This document shows, one piece after another, positions 1-11,900 of a DNA stretch of 64,000 nucleotides; position 1 is the stretch's first letter; each line of letters begins with the position of its first letter. The notes under the pieces are model-generated. The model did not search any database, was not told where the DNA came from, and worked only from the letters and a program-made list of their open reading frames with translations. A program made the translations under genes and the position numbers. Source of the stretch: Macrostomum lignano (taxonomy: Eukaryota); NCBI GenBank assembly GCA_002269645.1, contig NIVC01000168.1, positions 347,899 to 411,898 of the forward strand, given 5' to 3'.

Positions 1-1451
1 ACAATGCCTTAGTTTTTTGATAGTACTAGAAATCTAGAATGCGAATTCGCATCCAATGTCTAATTTCAGGATGCGTTTATAAAAGTCAGGATGCCGTAGC
101 ATCGCTATCGCACAAAAAATAAACCTAGTCTCTATTTTTAAATGCGCTAATTGACAATTCAGTCGTTCTAGGCGAGGCAAGGTTTTAAATTTTTTATAGG
201 GCCAACAAATTGGAAATTCAGGCTTTTAAATAATTTACTTTCATAATGCAAAATTTTTAACAAAATAGTAGAAGTTAGTTTTACTTTTTAAAGTAGGAGC
301 TCGTATTTAAAACTTTAATGTACAAAGTGCTATAATAATATTTCTATGGTAGATAAAATGAAAGTACGCTAGATAGATATACAATAAACGACAAATGAAG
401 TACCATAGATATATCATCTCATATGCAATATAGATTTGCAAAAGAACCATTAAACGGGTTGTGCCTTTTGACGTTAATTACATGTGTACGTGTACATGTA
501 GGTACGAATAATCACCCATAACTCTACTAGTGAGCAGGCAGTTGCAGTTGTGCAAGTACAGCCTATTGTGTGCCCAATTCCCTAAGAACCAAGTTTATAG
601 CTGTATAAAAAATTTGCATGATAAATGTATGTACATGCATGACTAACTTAATTCTATGTCTATTAACTTCTTTGATGATGATTTCTTTAAACTAGTCTCT
701 TCCTAGATCGAAAGATTAAACATAAAAAACTGCTCGCATGCATTTGTACGAGCCTCGTATAGTCGTGTACTGAGCTTAATTACATACGAGGGTACATGTA
801 CATGCATGTACTTCATGGGAGATCGAGGCATTAACTGGCGCCCTAATGCACGGGCGCGAGTTCAAAGACAATCAGACTAATTTTTATGCGGCAACCCTAA
901 TTATTTTACTTTATAATATATGTCGCCGCGCAAATCGAATCGAATTTGTTGACCTACATGTGTAGCTAGAGGTAATATATAGTGTTACTGTAGTTTAAAG
1001 ACGGTGTTTACATTCTTTGGCGCGATTTGAATGGATACAGTATTTAATGTTGAGCTGCAAAAATATACATGCAATTTACATACTTTGAATACATACAGTA
1101 GCTCTATGACACCACATATATGTAAAGAATCAAAAGAAACGCGAGAAGTAATGTACATAAATACACGATGTGTACAGTATAGTTTGCTGGTTTAACTATT
1201 GTTAAGATATAGTTCAGTGTGTATTTAGAAGTAGAAAACTATCTCGGGATATTAGATTGCACAGAAAAGAATCCATCATACAGCATTTGTTTATTTGCTC
1301 ATGCTCTTAAATGTTGCGAATTTGTAGTAGCGGCAGTTTACTTAATTAAATATTCATGTCTAAATTAAAACATTTATGAAATAGATAAAATTTAGATTGA
1401 ATTTATTAAATGAGTCCATAGGCGGCATAGCATGAAGATCAGTTTATAGCA

Positions 1452-2891
1452 TCACGGTTGACGATGCTTCTCATCAACCCACATTGCCGGGTTTTGCTGT
1501 TTATTAAAACGTATTGAATTTTTCATTTCCATCGATAACTTTTTATCCAAATTTTCAGTTGGTGGCTGCTTTGAATCGCGCGGCAATTTCGGCTGCCGCA
1601 AAGCGGCCTTGCTGGCTGCCAGAACCACAAAATCCAGCAGCATCTCGATTAGTTCGAATAGCGTCAGTACGCTCAGTCCGAGCCAGAGGCCAACCTGCAA
1701 TGGTTATTATAATCATATGAATTAATAATATCGGCGCTCTCCGCTCCCTCTCCGCTCCCTCTCCGCTCCCTCTCCGCTCCCTCTCCGCTCCCTCTCCGCT
1801 CCCTCTCCGCTCCCTCTCCGCTCCCTCTCCGCTCCCTCTCCGCTCCCTCTCCGCTCCCTCTCCGCTCCCTCTCCGCTCCCTCTCCGCTCCCTCTCCGCTC
1901 CCTCTCCGCTCCCTCTCCGCTCCCTCTCCGCTCCCTCTCCGCTCCCTCTCCGCTCCCTCTCCGCTCCCTCTCCGCTCCCTCTCCGCTCCCTCTCCGCTCC
2001 CTCTCCGCTCCCTCTCCGCTCCCTCTCCGCTCCCTCTCCGCTCCCTCTCCGCTCCCTCTCCGCTCCCTCTCCGCTCCCTCTCCGCTCCCTCTCCGCTCCC
2101 TCTCCGCTCCCTCTCCGCTCTCTCTCTCTCTCTTCACTCCGCTTCCGCTCCTCCGCCTCGGCGCCAAAATGAGTGCCTGCGCGGCGCCAAAATGAGCGCT
2201 GACAACACCGATTCCCAAAAATAATGTACATGCAGGAATTTATTCATGTACATGTAAAATTCTTTGCTTTGCCCCCCTCATCATAAAATCCATGGGGCTC
2301 AGAACTCGGGCGAATGTAGATTAAATCCACAGGTTGCATGCACTGTACAAACCTGACCGCCCATATCCGAAAGCAGATCAGTAATTTCGTAGCCTTTCGT
2401 TGAGATTTCTGTGCGCGTCTCCGGGTCGGCAAAGAACACAATCAGCTTGACCATGTTTTGCCTGCGAAGCAGAGCGGTACAGGGGTCGTTGACGTTTGAG
2501 ACTAATTACTCTTAACCGTCAGAGAATACGGCAATCTGATTATGCTACTCACGATATAAAATCCGCCTTAGAGTCATCCGTTTTGTGTCCGTCCATCTGA
2601 GTTCGGACTATTGGATTGTACATCATCACTTGGTGGAACGCGTCCGACTGAAAAAATTGTGTGTAGCTGTCATTATTTGCCTGTGTCTGTCTATCTTAGT
2701 GTCTGTCTGTCTTAGTGTCTGTCTGTCTTAGTGTCTGTCTGTCTTAGTGTCTGTCTGTCTTAGTGTCTGTCTGTCTTAGTGTCTGTCTGTCTTAGTGTTT
2801 GTCTGTCTTAGTGTCTGTCTGTCTTAGTGTTTGTCTGTCTTAGTGTCTGTCTGTCTTAGTGTTTGTCTGTCTTAGTGTCTGTCTGTCTTAG

Positions 2892-2928
<37 letters not shown>

Positions 2929-5900
2929 GTCTGTCTGTCTGTATATTTTAACAAGTCAAGAAGCCGCAGACCTCGTATCCCATGCTTGGCCAAGCCGCCA
3001 TCGATATAGATGCATCGTATTGCATTTCCCTGAAAAAAATATCAAAATTGTATGCATTCGAATAAGCTTCGCAACGAAAGGAGTCGAAAGTGTTAAGGGA
3101 TCGATAATAACTTTTTGCTCAAACTTACTCGCATTGACTCTGACAACCAGATCGGCAAGTTTCGAACTCAGATTCTTGAACAGCATGCAAGCATTCGGCT
3201 GAGAAAGTTGAAAGAATTACAATTTTTAGTACAGAATAGCTTTAAAAGTAGAAAATAGTATAAAATTCGTTTTTACAAACCTTCTTGACTGACACTTTTC
3301 GAAGTTGAATTGTAGCTGTACTTGCAAATGGGGAGCGCAGGAGTTCGAGTGATGTTCGACGGCGGCAGCTTTGGCGAGCTGCAGTTGCATCGCGACTCCG
3401 TTTTGCGTTGAATGCAAGTTTTTAGGCAGACCTGTGGAAGTTGTTCGAGGTTTGACAGCGATGTTGATTTGGGCGCGTTCGAGTAGTTTAATTTGGCTTA
3501 AAATGAATTAAAAAAGATTTTAAGTGGACCATTTAAACCTACTCGGTAAAACAAAACAAATGATTTTGTTTGATACGCCGGTAAAGCAAACTCGATATGT
3601 GTTTATATAAATAGCGTTTTTTGGAATTTTAACAACTACTTAGTAACAAAGCTTTGGTACGTCCCTCCAGAGCTTTTACTGGAAGGGGGCATGTCCCCCT
3701 TGGATCCACTTACAATATTTACAATCACTTTAAACCAAGGGTTGGCTAACTTTTTTAACTTAAGGGCCAGATTTAGAATCTACATCAGAGAGATGGGAGA
3801 TGGGAGATTGTAAAGAAGAGAGGAGAGAGGAGTGGGTAGGGGAGAGGAGAAAAAAGAAGAGTGCTGAGAAGAGACGCCTTGGGCTTGGCGGATTGCTATT
3901 GTGAAGTTTTAAAGGACCCAAGTACCCAAGGACCCAAGTACCCAAGTACCCAAGTACCCAAGGACCCAAGTACCCAAGGACCCAAGTACCCAAGGACCCA
4001 AGTACCCAAGGACCCAAGTACCCAAGGACCCAAGTACCCAAGGACCCAAGTACCCAAGGACCCAAGGATAGAGAGGTTTCACGGGGACGCATGATTAAGC
4101 GCGCATTTTTTAACTGCTCTCAGTGACACAAGCGCGCATCTTGAATGCATGAGTCTGGCACAAGCGCGCATTCTAGACGCATCAATCTGAATGCTGCAGC
4201 TTGAAGTTAGAAGCCGGACTACAGCTGCAGCGGGCATTGTACTACCAGCGGCAGCCAGCGACAGACCATCAAAACCCGGCCTCAGACTTGCATAACATGT
4301 GGTTCTATTCTTAGATACTGAACATTTTACCATTTGAAATCGGAGCATTTTACCATTTGAAATCGGAGCATTTTACCATTTGAAATCGGAACATTTTACC
4401 ATTTGAAATCGGAGCATTTTACCATTTGAAATCGGAACATTTTACCATTTTAAATCGGAACATTTTACCATTTTTAATCTGAACATCTTATTTACCATTT
4501 TTAATCTGAACATTTTACCATTTTTAATCTGAACATTTTACCATTTTAAATCGGAACATTTTACCATTTTAAATCGGAACATTTTACCATTTTAAATCGG
4601 AACATTTTACCATTTTAAATCGGAACATTTTACCATTTTTAATCTGAACATTTTACCATTTTAAATCGGAACATCTTACCATTTTTAATCTGAACATTTT
4701 ACCATTTTTAATCTGAACATTTTACCATTTTTAATCTGAACATTTTACCATTTTAAATCGGAACATTTTACCATTTGAAATCGGAGCATTTTACCATTTT
4801 AAATCGGAACATTTTACCATTTGAAATCGGAGCATTTTACCATTTTAAATCGGAAAATTTTACCATTTGAAATCGGAACATTTTACCATTTGAAATCGGA
4901 ACATTTTAACATTTTAGATCGGAACATTTTACCATTTAAAATCGGAGCATTTTACCATTTTAAATCGGAACATCTTACCATTTTTAATCTGAACATTTTA
5001 CCATTTTTAATCTGAACATTTTACCATTTTAAATCGGAACATTTTACCATTTTTAATCTGAAAATTTTACCATTATTAATCTGAACATTTTACCATTTTT
5101 AATCTGAAAATTTTACCATTATTAATCTGAACATTTTACCATTTTAAATCGGAACATTTAAACTTTGTGAAAAATAAATATAGAGAAAATAAACCTTCGT
5201 GACTTTCTGTCGGATAGTCGTAAAAATGGACTGCGCGCTTATTTCCACACTTGCCAAAAAATACACATGCGCGCTTACGTCACGCGCTTTTTTTCAGCCC
5301 TCCCGTTTCACGGCCTCCTCCCTCCCGCATGTGGCCAGCGAGCCGAAGTTTGCCGATCCCGGCTTTAAACCATGCCACTCAAGCGCACCCTTTATTTGCA
5401 CGAGTAAGAGGCTTGGGCGCTGCGGCAAAAAAGTGACAAACTGCATAGCAACCCATCCATTTTCCGCTAACTCCGTGAGCATCCATGTACAAGCGTACAT
5501 GTACATGGATACACGTACGAGCAGTGTAAACTTATGCTCCTTTCACAATTTCAATTGCGCTTACCATTTTCGTATAGTTCACTTTAGGCAGAGCCCATTC
5601 ATCCAATGATCTGTACATGTTGTACTTTTTGTTGGCAGTTTTGTAGTCAATGGCGCAGTTGTCAGAGTACGGGCTGCCTAGTAGCTTTTTGTAGGTCTGA
5701 AAATTTAAGGAAATGTTTTATGTTGGATATATTTCTTTTGAGCAGAAATAGTAATAATTAATTATTGATTACACCTAGCTATTGCGCTGTTCAGTCCAAG
5801 GACTAAGGGGGGGGGGGGAGGGTCACCAAACACACCCTCAATTACCCCAGCTGATGCTGGCACCCATTTTACAGCTGAGTGAACTGAAGCAATGCAGAGT

Positions 5901-8900
5901 GTCTTGCTCAAGGACACAAAATCACCTGTTTCATCCCAATGTAGGTCTCCCGTCCAGGTGACACGCGAATGCCGGACTCCTCAGGAAACGGTTGCGTTGT
6001 TGGCTCGTGCAGCACCACGACTGCTCCAGCTGACTGCGCCACTGTGCTCACGTAATCCGACTGATCGATGTACAGCGTCAGGGTTAGTCCAAACAGGGGA
6101 CCCTGCTGTTTCACTGACACTCTGCTTGAGTTGGTGACAGCCGCATTGAAGGTGTAACAGTTGCCGTACATCGGGTGTAGAAAGCGGGTGAAGTTTCTAT
6201 AAAAAGGATTGAAATTGATCAGGTACATGTAAATATACTTTATAAGCGATGGCCAACTACCAAGTAGCAAGAAACAAATGTGAAGTAAATCCTGTACAAG
6301 TATGTGTCCCATTAAGGTTTTGAATCTCAATTTTCGACTCGAATAGTGGCGCACCTAGACCTAAAGCCCCTGGTGCTAAATCCTCTGGTGCTAAAGCCCC
6401 AGGTGCTTAAGACCCTGGTGCTAAAGCCCTGGTGCTAAAGCCCCTGGTGCTAAAGCCCTTGGTGCTAAAGCCCCTGGTGCTAAAGCCCTTGGTTCTCAAG
6501 AAGGAGTCCTAAAGAATTGATAAATCTATTAAAGTCGTTTTACTTCTGATTAAATCCCAATCCTTCCTATTCAATAAAGACAGAAAATCGTCAATGAAAT
6601 CTTTCTTGTACATTTTTAAATTATTTTGCTCAAGTGTTACTTATGCACAAAATTGTTGTAAGAAATCCTACAAAGCCTAAGTCGCATCTAGCTCATTCGA
6701 GAACACTTACGACACACTGCAGTAGCTGGTGCCCATACTGCAGTCAACCAGCATGTCACTAATCTGATAGCCAATCTCTGTCTTCACATCGTCGTCCAAC
6801 GTGTTATAGAAGTCTAGGAACATGTACGTCATGCGGACACTGTCCGGGACAGTCTTGGAATCCATTGTGCTCAGGTTTCGAGTAGTACCTGAGCTGTACA
6901 TCGAACTTGTAAGGCCGGAGTACTGCAAAGTGATCGTTGTACTGACTAACTGACTGACTGACTGACTGACTGACTGACTGACTGACTGACTGACTGACTG
7001 ACTGACTGACTGACTGACTGACTGACTGACTGACTGACTGACTGACTGACTAACTGACTGACTGACTGACTGACTTGAGTAACTGACTGACTGACTGACT
7101 GACTGACTGACTGACTGACTGACTGACTGACTGACTGACTGACTGACTGACTGACTGACTGACTGACTGACTGACTGACTGACTGACTGACTGACTGACT
7201 GACTGACTGACTGACTGACTGACTGACTGACAGTCTCTATTCATTAACAGTAGAACTACCAAGGGGGGGGGAAATTTCCCAGAAAATTCCCCCCCCCCTG
7301 ACAATTTTTTTTGCTGCGCCGGAACGGAGCAACGCAGACACACAAAATTCAAGAACACGGGCTAACTTTTTGTTGCGCACCTTCTCAAACAAGAATCAAG
7401 TCGCCAGCCCTCCGGACCGTCGAGATATTCGACGATTCTGCCAGAAGGTCGGATTTTTCCCATAAGCGCTAGTGTATTCAGTACACCCCTGTGCGCCAAT
7501 CAGCACTGCGCCTCAGCGCAGCCTTGCAATGCCTCCAAATTGCATCAGCACGTCGACCACATGTGTCTGCATCAGCTCTGACTTCGTTGGTCACTAGCCT
7601 TCACCCAGGCGGAGCTTCTAGACCTTCAACAGGTGGCACCAAGTGACTATGGACACTCTGATACGAATTTCTCGAGTTTCGCTGATCAAGCCTCGACAGT
7701 GGGCATACCTCAACTGCTAGGTATCCTCAGCTAGTCTCTCGAGCCTTCCATCATCACCCCGACGCCGTCGGCACCTTCAACGGATTGCACCAGGTGACTA
7801 TGAACACCCTGATGCAAATTTCTCTAGTTTCGCTGATCAAGCCTTGCCAATGGGCAAGCCTCAACCGCGGAACATCTTCAGCTAGTCTCTCAAGCATTCA
7901 GTCATCACCCCGACGCCGTCGGCACCTTCAACAGATGACACCAGGCGACTATGAACACCCTGATGCAAATTTCTCTAGTTTCGCTGATCAAGCCTTGCCA
8001 ATGGGCAAGCCTCAACCGCGGAACATCTTCAGCTAGTCTCTCAAGCATTCAGTCATCACCCCGACGCCGTCGGCACCTTCAACAGATGACACCAGGCGAC
8101 TATGAACACCCTGATGCAAATTTCTCTAGTTTCGCTGATCAAGCCTTGCCAATGGGCAAGCCTCAACCGCGGAACATCTTCAGCTAGTCTCTCAAGCATT
8201 CAGTCATCACCCCGACGCCGTCGGCACCTTCAACAGATGACACCAGGCGACTATGAACACCCTGATGCAAATTTCTCTAGTTTCGCTGATCAAGCCTTGC
8301 CAATGGGCAAGCCTCAACCGCGGAACATCTTCAGCTAGTCTCTCAAGCATTCAGTCATCACCCCGACGCCGTCGGCTCCTTCAACAGATTACAATAGGTG
8401 ACTATGAACATCCTATTGCAAATATGTCAGGTTTTTCTGATCAAGCTTCAATATTGGGCAAAGTCGGTTTTTTCATTTTTTAATGATTCAGAAATGTTAA
8501 GAGCATGATGAAAAATCACGCTCACGTGTCATTACTCCCCTGGTGCCACCGGTTGAAGGTGCCGACGGCGTCGGGGTGCTGGCTGAATGCTTGACTGACT
8601 AGCTGAGGATGTCCAGCAGTTGAGGTTTGCCCAATATTGAAGCTTGATCAGAAAAACCTGACATATTTGCAATAGGATGTTCATAGTCACCTATTGTAAT
8701 CTGTTGAAGGAGCCGACGGCGTCGGGGTGATGACTGAATGCTTGAGAGACTAGCTGAAGATGTTCCGCGGTTGAGGCTTGCCCATTGGCAAGGCTTGATC
8801 AGCGAAACTAGAGAAATTTGCATCAGGGTGTTCATAGTCGCCTGGTGTCATCTGTTGAAGGTGCCGACGGCGTCGGGGTGATGACTGAATGCTTGAGAGA

Positions 8901-11900
8901 CTAGCTGAAGATGTTCCGCGGTTGAGGCTTGCCCATTGGCAAGGCTTGATCAGCGAAACTAGAGAAATTTGCATCAGGGTGTTCATAGTCGCCTGGTGTC
9001 ATCTGTTGAAGGTGCCGACGGCGTCGGGTGATGACTGAATGCTTGAGAGACTAGCTGAAGATGTTCCGCGGTTGAGGCTTGCCCATTGGCAAGGCTTGAT
9101 CAGCGAAACTAGAGAAATTTGCATCAGGGTGTTCATAGTCACCTGGTGCAATCCGTTGAAGGTGCCGACGGCGTCGGGGTGATGATGGAAGGCTCGAGAG
9201 ACTAGCTGAGGATACCTAGCAGTTGAGGTATGCCCACTGTCGAGGCTTGATCAGCGAAACTCGAGAAATTCGTATCAGAGTGTCCATAGTCACTTGGTGC
9301 CACCTGTTGAAGGTCTAGAAGCTCCGCCTGGGTGAAGGCTAGTGACCAACGAAGTCAGAGCTGATGCAGACACATGTGGTCGACGTGCTGATGCAATTTG
9401 GAGGCATTGCAAGGCTGCGCTGAGGCGCAGTGCTGATTGGCGCACAGGGGTGTACTGAATACACTAGCGCTTATGGGAAAAATCCGACCTTCTGGCAGAA
9501 TCGTCGAATATCTCGACGGTCCGGAGGGCTGGCGACTTGATTCTTGTTTGAGAAGGTGCGCAACAAAAAGTTAGCCCGTGTTCTTGAATTTTGTGTGTCT
9601 GCGTTGCTCCGTTCCGGCGCAGCAAAAAAAATTGTCAGGGGGGGGGGGTAAATTTCCCCCCCCCTTGGTAGTTCGACGGGCGGAAAAATGGCTTGGTATT
9701 CCTACTGTTAAGCAGCAGGCAATAACTCACAGAATCCTCCTCATCTTTGTAACCAGAACCAGCGCTACGTTTTTTTCGCTTGGAAGCTAAAATAATGTTT
9801 TTCTTTGATAAAAAATAGCCATCTTCAGGTGAATAAAAACTGCTATTCACGATTGAGTTTATTACTCAAACAAAACATTTCTGCGACTCACGTGCAGGTG
9901 TCGAATTCGCAGCAATAATCGTACTGGAATTCATTGTCGATGTGGGAGTACTTGAAGTGACATTGCTATAACCCGCGGGACTCATCGTTGTAGTCGAAGT
10001 GGAATTCGCGGTAGCATTCGAAGTTTCAGTCGTACTCGTGCTCGTGCCTGTTGTTGGTGTATGCGGTGACAAATTCGCTTATATGATTGGTAATGCTGGA
10101 TGATGCGCACAAAGGACTACTGGGAGTTACCGTTGCATCATGGCACTAGACGCGATAGAAGACCTGCATTTCCAAGCACTTAATTACTTTCTATCTCTTG
10201 AATGTACGAGCTACGACAGATTTTTTCTAAAACCGACAGCTCAGCTGCAGCTATTGCGTGGCGCACCTGAAGGCTGCGTACGGCTGTTCAGTCCAAGGAC
10301 TGAGGGGGGGGGTCGCCACACACACCCTCAATTACCCCAGCTAATGCTGGCACCCATTTTACAGCTGGGTGAACTGAAGCAATGCAGAGTTAAGTGTCTT
10401 GCCCAAGGACGCAAATTGTTCCAGTGGGATCTGGAATCGAACCCCCGACCTTTCAGTCGGGGTTCACTAGGCTACAACCCCGTTCTGGTAAGACACAGAG
10501 CACTGTCACTTTTTTTCCGTTTCCTGAAGTTGAAGTAAAAAGAATGAATTAAAAAAAACTTGTTGGTACGACCAACAGTCGAACAAATGTCAGATTCATA
10601 CTGGAAGCCCTAAGCCATCGTTTTAACTGTAACTTATAGTAGTCCTTGATGCTCAGTTGAAAAAAAAACACAAAAAGCTCACTAGTAGCCGATTGCACTT
10701 TGCTTTTTCTAGCCGGGCTCTGGTTGCAGACTGTTACGGCCGGGAACTCTCTGGGCAAGTTGATCTCCGCGCCCCGAGCCACTGCGATGGGGTAGCTGTA
10801 GTATTTGTCCACTATGGACTTGATTTGCACCACTGTCAGGCCTGTGTAATGGTGCGGCATGTTGGGCGAGAGATCTGTGAGTACTAGTAACGCAGCTCTT
10901 CGACCGTGGAAGACAGTGGAATAAGGTCAAAGGGGGGAGATAAACAGAGAGGAAGACAACGAAAGAAGAGTAAAGAACAGAAGATTAACGAATGGAAGAA
11001 AATCAAAGCGCTGAAGAAGATTAAAGAGCGGAAGAAGATCAAAGAGCGGAAGAAGATCAAAGAGCGGAAGAAGATCAAAGAGCGGAAGAAGATCAAAGAG
11101 CGGAAGAAGATCAAAGAGCGGAAGAAGATCAAAGAGCGGAAGAAAATCAAATAGCGGAAGAAAATCAAAGAGCGGAAGAAGATAACAGAACGGAAGGAAA
11201 CCAAAGACGAACAACAACAACAACAAAGTACGCAGCCCCGCATGCAAGGTCACAGTTAGAGCAGGGTGCGTCAGATGGCGCGCCGCAGAGCCTGAGAGCG
11301 GACGAAGTCCACCCCGTTGGCGGTGTCGGGCGCCCCGGCGTCGCCTAGGAGGCAGTCCACGTATCGACGGGTTTGGGCCTGACCCCGCCTGAACGGGCCC
11401 TGAAAGCTGAGCAGCAGAACGTCCTGAACAGGTTGGGGGCAGTAGCCCTCGGCCCGGATCACGTGGCCCGCCAGTTGAAGTCACCGCCGGCGCAGGATGA
11501 TGGACGGGTACTGCAGCTTGGCCCGATCGTACAGGGCCTCGGTCCCGACGCTCTCGTCAGCTCGAAAGGCTGCATTGAGCAGCCCTGGGTGGGCTGAGTC
11601 CAGCTGCGGCTCCAGCGGGTCAGACAGGCCGTCCGCCCTCACCACAGCAGCTCGAGTATCGCAATACAGCGCCATGACAGCGTCGATTAGCTGCTTGGGG
11701 TACCCGGTAGGCTCGAAGGACAAAGGGAAGCGCGGCTTTCAACACCGAGTCAAACCCCCTTAGAAATTCAACGAAGACAATGATCAGCGTAGACTGGCGG
11801 ATGCGCTCGATGAAACGGCGGAGTGCGAGGATCTGGGCCGCGTTGCGGCCGGAATCCGTTCTGCTCGTACCACAGGTACGGGTCCAGCACCTACTGCAGA

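Larger units (their letters stand above)
3736..5362. mobile_element. Non-autonomous hAT (Charlie-like) element containing two internal satellite arrays
   Basis: Perfect 8-bp TSD CTTTAAAC at 3728-3735 and 5363-5370. Imperfect TIRs CAAGGGTTGGCTAACTT and (reverse complement) CCGGGATCGGCAAACTT, resembling the CAGGGGTCGGCAAACT ends of Charlie/MER-type hATs. Confidence 0.8.

Noticed and set aside
7785-8986. 151-bp repeats as a CRISPR array, or as six small 76-83-aa genes (MNTLMQISL...)
   Set aside because: Units are head-to-tail with no unique spacers, the context is eukaryotic with no cas genes, and the ORFs are by-products of the repeat lying within an intron.
7248-9707. Palindrome as a pure read-chimera or assembly artefact
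   Set aside because: TTAA duplications at both ends, unequal unit numbers, a 28-bp arm-specific deletion and a coherent host intron on both sides favour a real element. Not fully excluded without raw reads.
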